The translations under genes were made by a program, and so were the position numbers. This document shows, piece after piece, positions 9,875 to 19,520 of a stretch of 64,000 bases of DNA; within the stretch, counting starts at the first letter, position 1, and every line of letters begins with the position of its first letter. The DNA comes from Blastocatellia bacterium. Lineage in GTDB: Bacteria; Acidobacteriota; Blastocatellia; UBA7656. Under the pieces are notes generated by a model, which was given only the letters and a program-made list of their open reading frames with translations, was not told where the DNA came from and ran no database searches. The stretch is from the NCBI GenBank assembly GCA_963765495.1, contig CAVXWP010000002.1, positions 64,001-128,000 on the forward strand, read 5' to 3'.

Positions 9875-12700
9875 TACTCTGCTCCTTCCAGTTTTGAAAT
9901 CACTACTCCTAGCCTTTCATCAAGGTGAATCTCATAGCCGCCATCGCTCCACCTGCCAGCCTCATTCAACTTGATCAATCGGTGATGTCGCAACAAAGCA
10001 GACCGCTGCCAGGTTGCGGGAACCTCACTGCGCAACAAATTCCAGACCAGGCCACGATGATTCAGGTTGACAGATCGATGCAGCAGAAACCGGAGGGTGT
10101 CGTAGTTTGGCGGTTGAACTAAATCAATCTGGGCCTGGTCATCAACGCGAAGAATCACAACAGAAATGCTTGCATCTGTAAGACGCGTCAGAGCCTGTAA
10201 AGACTTGTGAACTTCAGGTTCATCTTCTTCAAGCCTCTTATTCCAGACTTCGAGAATATCGTCAGGATAGTAGGGTGGCGGTATGATTTTGTCATCTGCC
10301 TGCATCTGCATCTGTCTAAGTTTGTCTTTCAAATTATTTGAGGTTTCCTGCCAGTAGGAGCGAAGTTCTTCTCCTGCCTCTTTCGGGCACTCACGTTCAC
10401 CATAAACAGTTTCGATCAAGTCTTCGATTTCAAATGGAATGACGACTGCGGATTGGTTGCAAAGTGCCAGCCACGAACGCAATAGAATATGCGCGTCATA
10501 TACGGCTTCAGTGCCACGATCAAACCTCGGAACATCCTGTCTTATCTGCTCAGGTGAACTGATCCATAGTGTCGGCTTCTCAAGCCCTGACGGGCGAGAG
10601 CGTGAGTGGCGATGCAATCTGCCGGACCGTTGCAGCATCAAGTCAACAGGCGCAATATCTGTCACCATCAAATCGAAGTCGAGATCGAGGCTTTGCTCAA
10701 TTACCTGCGTGGCAACCAGGACAAAGCGATGCGGGCGGTTGATTGTCTGGCTGTGGCCTTCTTCAATCTCGATCTCATCGCCCACTTTTCCGAAGCGCGC
10801 AAGAGCTTGTCTCTCCTTTTTTGTCCCGATCACTGAAGAGAAATCGCGCATGAAACAAATCAAGTTCATCCTCAGCAAAATAGGGTTGCAATGCTCTAAA
10901 AATCTGCTGTGCACGATTGACTGTATTGCAGATGACGCCGGCACAACCTCCGCCAGACAGGGCGGCTCTCAGTTGTTCGCCAAGAGTGAATTCTGCTGCT
11001 CTCTCAGACGATTCAGGCACACAACCGTCAACCCATCTGATTTGCAATTTGCGGGATAATTGAGCCGAAGTCTCAATGGATTCTTCCCCACTGGCTGATC
11101 TTGTTGTCCAGGTAATGCGGGGGTAACTCGCGCTCTCTGACTCTGTAATATCTGACTGCTTCGCATTTGCATTCAGCCCTCGCCGATACGCCGCCAACAA
11201 AGCATTTCTGCGCTCGCTCGGTAATGTGGCTGAAAGCAACACCACTGGTGAGCCGAGTGCTGCCAGCCATTCCAGCAGGCGTTCGAGCAACTTCGACATA
11301 TAGGCATCGTAGGCATGAACCTCATCAATTATGACTGTCTTGTGCGCCAGACCGAACAAACGAACAAAAACATGTTTTGTCTGAAGTACTGCCATCAATG
11401 CTTGATCCACCGTCCCAACACCGAAAGGGGCCAGTAACCCGCGCTTGCGATGAGTGAACCATTCGGCCGCAACCACATTCATAGCCTGGGGTGAACATTC
11501 CCCATCGCTAAACACTCCATCAATCTTAAAGACTTTATTGCCATTCGCCTTCATTGTCTGGAACTCAGCCGACAGCGCAGCATGGCCGTGAAGGAGTTGT
11601 AGATTGACTACACTCTTCGGATAACGCCGCTCTAGAAACTGACGCACACGTTGAAACATCTGATTGCTGGTTGCCTGTGTGGGCAACGCAACGTAACATC
11701 CACGAACACCCGGCGCAGTATTCTCCAATGTTTCCGAGATGATCCCCCAGCAATCCGTCAGGTAAAGCGCCGCCTCTGTTTTCCCCTCTCCCATCGGTGC
11801 TTCGATGATAACTATGCCGATTCCCTCCATCTTTTCTGCAACGTTGATAGCTGTCTCTTGCAAAGGGCGCGGAGAGAAAGGGAATAGTTGAGTAAATGAA
11901 AGCAAATCAGTTGACTGTGTCCAACCCACCCAACCTAGCCGCTTAAGAGCATTCTCCGCCTGTATAGATGCGAGATTCATATACTCGCGCGGATCAGTCC
12001 GTGGCAGGTTTCGCCAGTCGCTGACGAGATATGGAAAGAACTCATCATTGGAGCCGATCCAATCCGCAACCGAAACCAGCCCCGCAATGAACAGGAGTGC
12101 AGCGTGATCTGCTTGCTTTGGAGAAACGTCAGGTGATACCTCGATAAGACGAGCCAGATATTCAGATATCTCCCTTCTAACCTGTTTCCACGCGCCTCTG
12201 CCGGCCCCATCTATGGGGCAGCGATTCATTAGATCGTCGCTGGTTGGAAAAAGCCCGTGATGGCCTCCGATCGCTACACTCAGACATTTGGCCAGTCCCC
12301 TCTTTATTCCGAGTAAATCAGGAAGCTCCTTCGCCGTCACCCTGCCGTGCGGGCAATCACTGGCTTTGATCCCTAGCGGGGTTGTCCCGAGGTTGGAATA
12401 AAGACCTGCCAGATGTTGCGCCTCTTCGCGCAACTGGAACGCAGGAGATGCTTTGCCGAGATCGTGCAGCGCTGCGAGATAAACAATCCATCGCTCAGTT
12501 TGCAACTCAGAAAGCCCAAGCGTTTTTGACATAGCTCTTCGTGCAGTGGCTGAAAGCACATCACGCCATATCGCCCTGGCCACAACTGCTACATCAATCA
12601 AATGGCATAATAATGGATGGAAGGAGTCCGGACTTTTCTCCCCATAGGGCAGCTTTGCCCAAAGGGCAAAAGGATTTTTAGAGAATAGTGTTGCCGACAT
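9874..12700 (-). CDS. cas3: Cas3 HD nuclease-helicase, split by a 1-bp frameshift at ~10817-10822
   Basis: HDLGKA, APMGEGKTE, DEVHAY, SAT in 10775-12700; VATQVIEQSLDLDFD and QRSGRLHRH in 9874-10944; removing one A of the A6 run gives DRDKKERQALARFGK. Confidence 0.93.
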
Positions 12701-12722
12701 CGTTTCTTCCCCATTCGTTGGC

Positions 12723-13721
12723 CTAAAGGTAATTCTTCTGCATCTCGGTAATTTCTTCCTGAATCTCTTGTCGCAATTCCTTTGGCGCTATTACCTGTGC
12801 ATGCGAGCCGTACTGCATCACAAAGCGTTTCACTCCATCCAAAGCTGTCACATGCATCTTTACCCTCAGACCGCCATCCGGCATCTCTTCGCGCTCCTCG
12901 GTAGGGTGGAATTTGCCCCGCTCGCGCATCCATCGCGCTTGATACTCATCAAATATAATCTCAACCTCGATAGGATTCTGGCCCCTTATCATCGCAAAAC
13001 CTGATTCCAGGTACTCCCGCAGATCAAATTCTTCCGGCCAGCCGAATCGCTCCTCCGTAACTTCTAACTCGCGTATGCGGCCTGCATGAAAGTCCCGTAT
13101 CCCACCGCGCAGATGATCAAACGCGATCAGATACCATTCGCCCAGGTAGTTCCTCAGGTGAAGTGGATCAACTTGCCGTCGCGTCATCTGCCCACGGTTG
13201 GCAGTATAGTATGTCATCTCTATGCGGAGGTGCTCTTTAGCCGCTCGGCCAAGCCTACGAAAAAGCTCAGGGTCTAGCTCGCTTGTGGCTTGTGCTTCAA
13301 AGGAATATGCCTCAGCCAGTGATCCCAGATCGACAGATACAAGATCAGTCATTGCGCCTATAACCTTGCTGAACGCTGTCTCAACCTGATGAACTATGGC
13401 TGTGCCCCTATACTGTTGAACAAGCCGCTCGGCCAATAAGATTGCTACAAGATCGCCCTCAGAGAGTTCGATTGCCGGGAGGGCGTATGTCGGCTCGGTG
13501 TAATACCAGCCACGGTGCTCATACGAATATGCCAATGGCAACCGAAGTCGATCACGCATAAAGTCTACTGTGCGTTGCGCGGTCTTCGTACTAACTTCGA
13601 AATGATTGGCTATAGTGCGCGCGGTTGGATACCGGCCTAAACGAATTTCCTGATCTATCCAGAAAACACGTTCTAAGTGTCGTAAGTTCTCGCGGCTTTT
13701 CTGACTCGAATTCTGCTTCAT
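12723..13721 (-). CDS. wHTH-WYL-WCX transcriptional regulator heading the cas operon
   Basis: HTH FEVSTKTAQRTVDFMR; RRQVDPLHL...EWYLIAFDHLRGGIRDFHAGRI; YGSHAQVIAPKELR. Confidence 0.92.
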   Translation of the reverse strand: MKQNSSQKSRENLRHLERVFWIDQEIRLGRYPTARTIANHFEVSTKTAQRTVDFMRDRLRLPLAYSYEHRGWYYTEPTYALPAIELSEGDLVAILLAERLVQQYRGTAIVHQVETAFSKVIGAMTDLVSVDLGSLAEAYSFEAQATSELDPELFRRLGRAAKEHLRIEMTYYTANRGQMTRRQVDPLHLRNYLGEWYLIAFDHLRGGIRDFHAGRIRELEVTEERFGWPEEFDLREYLESGFAMIRGQNPIEVEIIFDEYQARWMRERGKFHPTEEREEMPDGGLRVKMHVTALDGVKRFVMQYGSHAQVIAPKELRQEIQEEITEMQKNYL

Positions 13722-14254
13722 GATCAAGCCATATTCAAACATGTGATGTAGGACATCTAGTGTCCTATCAAAAATTTCTCTACTCACTAGATGAAGTATG
13801 TGAGGGGATCATCGTTATTCAGTTTAAGATTCTCAGTTGCCTTGAACCCTCAAAAGGCTAGTGCAACCCGAGTAATCATCTTCCTAATAAACCAACATGA
13901 TGATCATATGCTGGATATATGTAAGTAATCATTGCAACTTTGATGGTTAGCCGATTGATTTCTTCTGCTTAAAAATTGGGTGCCGCAGTATCTCTATTAT
14001 TTAGTTATATTTTGGATAACGCAAAGCTTCTGATTCTTAGGATTCCTCGCGATTATATGCTAATAATTTTACAAGCCACCGATGAACACACATACCCGCC
14101 GACCCGGCTGAATACTCATCGGTGGCTTCGGCTCCCCTTTCTCGAAGCCGCTTGTGTTTTCAAATCTCTTCTTCGAGATCCGTACTGGCAACCAGACGGA
14201 TGTGTTTCACCTGGGGACCGCTGGGCCTATCCCCTCCTCTACAACCCTGGCTAA

Positions 14255-14491
14255 CTATGTGCCCGTTCTCTTTCGAACCGGGAGGCTTCGCTCTTCCAAT
14301 ACTCGCGCCTTTTGTCGTTCGATCTCATCTAACCGGGCTTGCTCGGCAGCTTCCCAAAGGTCTGCGTAATTGGAGAGTATTTCGACCATCACAGTGTTAC
14401 TGCTCTTTCCCCCATACTTCTCACCGAGAGCCGCTATCCTTTCCAGCAACTCTTCCGGTGCGCGTAATCTGAAGGATTTTTCGTCAGTCAT
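14255..14491 (-). CDS. Arc/MetJ-type ribbon-helix-helix repressor
   Basis: KSFRLRAPEELLERIAALGEKYGGKSSNTVMVEIL. Confidence 0.75.
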   Translation of the reverse strand: MTDEKSFRLRAPEELLERIAALGEKYGGKSSNTVMVEILSNYADLWEAAEQARLDEIERQKARVLEERSLPVRKRTGT

Positions 14492-14562
14492 ATTGATGCC
14501 CATTAGATACCTCACTGGTATCAAAAGTCAATCTTGACAAAATGGTACAACATTGATACCGT
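14483..14562. promoter_or_regulatory. Divergent promoter/operator region between two RHH genes
   Basis: TTGACA(14534)-17 bp-TACCGT(14557); several GATACC/GGTATC boxes including palindrome GATACC-N5-GGTATC. Confidence 0.65.
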
Positions 14563-14571
14563 TCTGGCCGT

Positions 14572-14757
14572 ATGAAGAAACGAACAAGCAGCAAAACGAA
14601 GGACAACCAGATGCAGCTTCGCCTCCCGCCTGAGATCAAGAAGTGGATCGGGCCGTGGGCAAAGCGGCATGGGTTCAAGTCTAGCCAGCGAGCAATCGTT
14701 GACATCCTGCGCGACCGAAAGCGCGAGGATGAGATAGCCACGGTCACAAGCAAGTAA
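14572..14757 (+). CDS. Ribbon-helix-helix (Arc-like) protein
   Basis: QMQLRLPPEIKKWIGPWAKRHGFKSSQRAIVDIL. Confidence 0.72.
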   Translation: MKKRTSSKTKDNQMQLRLPPEIKKWIGPWAKRHGFKSSQRAIVDILRDRKREDEIATVTSK

Positions 14758-14907
14758 TCAAGCATCGGCGGGGCTGCGCACGTTCAGAATACTTGAATTG
14801 GCCACTTGCGCGGCCCCATGCCCGAGATTTCTACAAGTTGAAAAAGGAGAAACCCTTTTTCAAATCCATTAACCACTCCTCCCCAGGCACACAAGAAAGA
14901 GGCATGT

Positions 14908-15183
14908 ATGAAAACACTATTCCTAGCTGTCGTGATGATTGCGCTGTTGATGTTTGTAGCAGCGTCAGGCCCAAGCCTAATAGCCAAAACAACTCCACTT
15001 ACGGGTTGCGATTCGCCTCTCGTTGACGGCCATACCCTTGTTGGCGGGTCTCCTAATGACTACTGCCCGGACGGCAAGCCGCTGCTCGACGGCCACACTT
15101 TCCCCCACGGCTCAGTCGGCAGCGACTACTGCCCAATCGAAGGATGGCCCCTGATCGAAGGCCGCACCACCCAGGGTGACTGA
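14908..15183 (+). CDS. Small secreted peptide with Cys/His internal repeats
   Basis: Hydrophobic signal peptide, then PLVDGHT...DYCP, PLLDGHT...DYCP, PLIEGRT. Confidence 0.7.
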   Translation: MKTLFLAVVMIALLMFVAASGPSLIAKTTPLTGCDSPLVDGHTLVGGSPNDYCPDGKPLLDGHTFPHGSVGSDYCPIEGWPLIEGRTTQGD

Positions 15184-15278
15184 TTACTTTCTTCGCCCTG
15201 GCCCGATGCGTCAATTCTCGCCGCTATTAGACAACCGCACTCAGGCCGGGGCGAACATTTCCTTCAGGAGAAAACCAT

Positions 15279-15599
15279 ATGCTCAGACCCACTACAGCAA
15301 CAATCTCGTCTAATTCCCCTCGGCACATAGACTGGCTGACAATCCTCGGAACCCGTACCGTACCGATCACAAGCCCGGCTCCAAAGCTCGCCTCAGGTCC
15401 TGACGGAACGATTAACGAATTCTATCTGCTCGATCACAATCAACTTTCTGCCGCGCAGCTCCACCGGCTCATTGCCCACATAGCGAAGAAATGGAACCTG
15501 CCGCAGATCGAGGTGCGGCGCACTATGGAAGAGTATGGCGGCGTGCCGATCCTGGCCGAAGACGTGATAGTGGCCTGCGATATCAGGCTGTTTTTTTGA
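15279..15599 (+). CDS. Hypothetical phage protein
   Basis: AGGAG RBS, 106 aa, in operon with the replication gene. Confidence 0.7.
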   Translation: MLRPTTATISSNSPRHIDWLTILGTRTVPITSPAPKLASGPDGTINEFYLLDHNQLSAAQLHRLIAHIAKKWNLPQIEVRRTMEEYGGVPILAEDVIVACDIRLFF

Positions 15600-15620
15600 T
15601 TCACTCAGAAGGGTGAGGCG

Positions 15621-16604
15621 ATGAGCAATCTTGTTCAAGGTCTTGTCTATGATCGTGCTCCTTACTCAGATGACCGTTTCAATATCCTGCTCGCCCTGGC
15701 TGATTGGGCCAATGATGACGGACGCAGTTGCTACCCCAGTTTGATAAAGCTTGCAAGAAAAGCAAGAGTCAGCTACCGCAATACCATCTACTCAATTCAA
15801 AAGCTCGAAAACGAACGCATCAACGGCGAGCCTATGTTGAACGTCACTCGTCACAAAAAGAAAGGTCTCGCAAACGAGTACTTCATCAACGTTCCTCTAC
15901 TTGAAAGCCTCCCCTACTATTGGCCGGAGAGTCTACAAAACAGAGTGCAACCATTGCACCCAAGCGTTCTGAAAAAGGCTGTGGAAAAAACTCGGCTCAA
16001 GGGTGCAACCAGTGGAAAAAATAGGGTGCAATCTAGGGTGCAACCCAAGGGTGCAATGGTTGCACCCCATCCATCATGTCATGCATCCATCATGAATCAA
16101 CCACCATTAGATGCAACCGTCAATCATGACGGAGGAGAGACTGTGGAAAACTTTCAGGAGAATCTTTTCCCTGATCTCTCGCCTGCCGAGTTGGTCGAAT
16201 TTGCGGGCGCGCCATCTCTTCCTATCGGGGGGCGATATGTCCGAGACGAAACAGACCCGGGCGGATGGAGTCAGGTCGAGGTGATGGAAGCATACAAAGA
16301 CATGGTGCCGCACGCCCTGAGCAACGATGATAGAAAAGAACTCCAGAAGATCCGAGACTTTCCTTTCTCCACACAACTAACCATCTACGTAATGCACAAG
16401 ACCAAAGCGAAAGCCGGCAGCCCGCCCGGCTCAATGAAGTACTTCCGTATTGCGCTCGAAAGGCTCTGGATAGATTGCTCCATAGCCATTGCAAAGGTGA
16501 GAGACGAAACCTATTCAATGACACGCGAGCAAGCCTTTTGGAAACTGAACGATGCTGTTTTGAAAGAAATTGCGCTGTGGGAATGTAGGCTTGGAAGAAG
16601 CTGA
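15621..16604 (+). CDS. Phage replication initiator (N-terminal wHTH, HTH_36-like)
   Basis: LLALADWANDDGRSCYPSLIKLARKARVSYRNTIYSIQKLE; contains iterons. Confidence 0.85.
   Translation: MSNLVQGLVYDRAPYSDDRFNILLALADWANDDGRSCYPSLIKLARKARVSYRNTIYSIQKLENERINGEPMLNVTRHKKKGLANEYFINVPLLESLPYYWPESLQNRVQPLHPSVLKKAVEKTRLKGATSGKNRVQSRVQPKGAMVAPHPSCHASIMNQPPLDATVNHDGGETVENFQENLFPDLSPAELVEFAGAPSLPIGGRYVRDETDPGGWSQVEVMEAYKDMVPHALSNDDRKELQKIRDFPFSTQLTIYVMHKTKAKAGSPPGSMKYFRIALERLWIDCSIAIAKVRDETYSMTREQAFWKLNDAVLKEIALWECRLGRS
15942..16068. repeat. Iterons, probable replication origin within the initiator gene
   Basis: AGGGTGCAA at 16000, 16023, 16035, 16048; variant AGAGTGCAA at 15942; inverted TTGCACCC at 15954 and 16060. 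Confidence 0.8.
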
Positions 16605-16617
16605 AAAAGGAGACTGC

Positions 16618-16788
16618 ATGAGTTGGAATATAACCACGATGACGCTCAGGCTCGCGCCTGCCTCGACCATCAGGCCACAGCGAAAGCAACGCCGCCGTGT
16701 CGAACACGGCAAAAAGGAGGAGGCGCGAAAGCGGACTGCGGCTTACTACTGGAGGGCAACAGATGCAAGGAAGGCTTCACAGAATTGA
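16618..16788 (+). CDS. Small basic hypothetical protein
   Basis: AAGGAG RBS right after the rep stop; MSWNITTMTLRLAP... Confidence 0.5.
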   Translation: MSWNITTMTLRLAPASTIRPQRKQRRRVEHGKKEEARKRTAAYYWRATDARKASQN

Positions 16789-17043
16789 TTATCGTCCGAG
16801 TTCCATTCGGGCAGATATTCGATCCCCCTGGATCAGATTCAGAGGCTTTCGGGCGCTACGATTTCACCCTATTTGAAACAACCCCCCTTTTGAAAATCCT
16901 GACAAAGATATTTCCATCGCAAATTTAAACGCGGAGATTTTTCACTGTGAACAAATCAACTTGTCGTTATTGTGGCCTTGAGATCGGATGGATTCGCCTT
17001 ATAAGCGACAAACTCGCGCCGGTCGAGCCGCGCCGAAGAGGTA

Positions 17044-17689
17044 GTTAGACCCTACGCCAAGCCATCCAGACCTCTTTGCATTAGTAATAGCCTTTCTATT
17101 CTAAATACAGTCTTACAGGGGATCTGAAATGTTTTGTGAGATTAGGACATATAGAGGTGTGCAGAAATCTCACAACCAACTTGGAGGAAAACCTATGAGA
17201 AAATCGCTGCTTGTCATTGCTGTATGCTGTTTTGTTGCGCTTCTAACTGGCACACAAAGCTTAGGAACTCACACGCATGCTGACTCTCTTCAGATTTCTT
17301 CAACATCTGAGAATTACTCCTATGGGGTAATTCTTGTGTGACTTATGAAACAGAAAGTGGCACAAGATGTACCGGCTCCAACAGCCTCTGGCTTAAGAAC
17401 TTTTACAATGGTTGTGGTAGCCGTGTGGAGGTAATTATAATGGAGAAGCTGAATTCAACCTCTCCTTGGACAAAGAAGACTTCTTTTTACCTGAGTTCTG
17501 GTGAAACGTATAGAATAGGAGATTGGTGGTGTGACGCTCCCTATTCATACCGAGTAGATGTCGAATAAGAAGGGAGAGAAGCGCAAGGCAGGCGGGGTCT
17601 AACAACCAGTTGAAGCGGAGCGCGCGAAGGACACTTCTCGTGGCTTCAGGCAGTGCCGCTCGCGCGCCCGCCGAACTGGACCGATGGCA
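17044..17689 (+). mobile_element. Orphan integron-type gene cassette
   Basis: Starts with core GTTAGAC (17044) and ends in an attC-like fold starting with the exact complement GTCTAAC (17597); arms CAGTTGAAGCGGAGCGCGCGA and TCGCGCGCCCGCCGAACTG. Confidence 0.7.
17195..17568 (+). pseudogene. Secreted Cys-containing protein, frameshifted at G4 run 17324-17327
   Basis: Signal peptide MRKSLLVIAVCCFVALL; one extra G joins the two ORFs as YGGNSCVTYETESGTRC. Confidence 0.65.
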
Positions 17690-17931
17690 GGAAGTTGCTC
17701 ATCTTCCCGGATGGAATTACAGTCAGGCGACATCTCGCATTCGAGAGCGGTTACACAAATCATCATGCGACTTGTCAGGGATGGCAGAGAATCTTGAGAG
17801 AAAGAAAATCGGCCTGTCGTTAATTAACCTACCCTCCTTTTGTAATGTTTCTCCTTGATCCCTCATTTATGGTTGTAGTATATCCTGTGCCAACTCACAG
17901 GTATTGAGTTTCCAATGGAAGGACAACCAAC

Positions 17932-18918
17932 ATGAAAAAGCTCCTCTTTTCCACTATTCTAATCCTCACAATCACTATTCAGGGCCTCTCATTCGGCGCT
18001 CAAGGTCACAAGGCGGTCGGTATGATCGCCCAGGCGAGGTTGAACCTACAGGCCGCCGCCGCTGTCACACGCCTGCTTGGAAATGGTGTCACTTTAGCTG
18101 ATGTAGCGACCTAGCCGGATGATGTGAAGCAAGCTAAGAGACGGAGAGGCCCTCTCAGGAATGATCCTGAGGCGAGAGCCTTCAACACAGCATTTCCTGA
18201 TAATGGAAGCTGGCACTTCGTCAATATGGCGCTTGGAACAAACTCTTACGCGGTCAATGGACCATTCAGCACGCAACATGACATCGTTCATATGATCAAC
18301 ACATGCATCCGTATACTTGAAACGCCTGGAAACCAAAGGACGCCGTTCACAAAGCTCCAGGCGCTCCGATGGCTGGTGCATTTGACTGGTGACATTCATC
18401 AACCTTTGCATGTCTCTGCCGGATACTATGAGTTTGACGATCAAGACGATGCCCTATTGATCGTAGACCCTGCGAGGGCTCTCGAACTTCCCCAGGATAG
18501 AGGCGGCAACTTGCTATTTTTTGGGACGGGCAGTAGCGATGAATTGCACGCTGTCTGGGACAACTTGCTTGTGCGAAGGATCGCCAATACACCTAACTTC
18601 AATCAACTCGCGGATTTCATCCTCTCAAGACTTAACGATCTTACCTGGATGAATCAGCGCAGATCTATGTTGAGTACTCCCGGTGAATTTCATTCGTGGG
18701 CATCCCGATGGGCCACTGACTCTCTTTTTCAGGCTCGGCAAGCCTATCAGGGAATCAGAATCGGAAAGACGACCTTCGATTCAGATGGAGACATTGTCTC
18801 GATTCAAATTGTTTTCCCTGATCATTACCTTGATAGACATGTGGAGCGCGAGACTTTACAGGTGGCAAAAGCTGGGTTCCGCCTTGCGGAATTACTCAAC
18901 AGGATAAACTGGAGATAG
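17932..18918 (+). pseudogene. Secreted S1/P1 nuclease with in-frame TAG at 18112
   Basis: Signal peptide, FGAQGH, DVAT*PDDVK where W is expected, WHFVN, LVHLTGDIHQPLH, DRGGN, LHAVWD, KAGFRLAELLN. Confidence 0.9.
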
Positions 18919-19073
18919 AAAAAGCCAGTAGGGGAACACACCCGAAGTTTCCCCTCACCCGATCACATCAGCGGCGCAGGTCGTCAGCGCCGCTGACGCG
19001 ATCTCCATCCAATCGCTTTCATAGGTAGGATGAGGATTCGCAAAGTGTGAGGAGTATAGCCAGTCAAAGATGG

Positions 19074-19265
19074 CTAGTGCCGCCATACCGCATTTGCGAT
19101 CAGCCCAAACGACAATCCGGCCGATCCCAAACAAACGCCCGCAGCTATCCAGTTGAAAGTGAAGAAAGCGAATATCGCTACTATGAAGCTTGCAAATCCA
19201 CAAACCAATCCACAGATTACTGCAATGCCTCCGATTGTCTGACCTTTCTCTATATCTCTTGACAT
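19074..19265 (-). CDS. Small two-TM membrane protein, possibly cassette-borne
   Basis: GGGAGA RBS; two hydrophobic helices; downstream of a GTTAGGC core site at 19431-19437 (minus). Confidence 0.7.
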   Translation of the reverse strand: MSRDIEKGQTIGGIAVICGLVCGFASFIVAIFAFFTFNWIAAGVCLGSAGLSFGLIANAVWRH

Positions 19266-19520
19266 GGGCTTCTCCCCTATAAGGGATTTTCTTAAAGACT
19301 AGGAAGGCGAGAGATATCAAAAAAACTGTTTCACCTCTAGATCTCTCCCACACTTATAGACGCGATTTATTCTTAGAGTAATGCGATCTTTTGTTGTGCA
19401 ACGCACTTGTTCCAATCTGCGAATTTGGCTGCCTAACACAAGATTCACGGGGCGCGCAATCAGCGGCTATATCAGCAATCCTCTCTTCTCGCTCGGCCTG
19501 TCCCGTATGATGTTTGGTTT

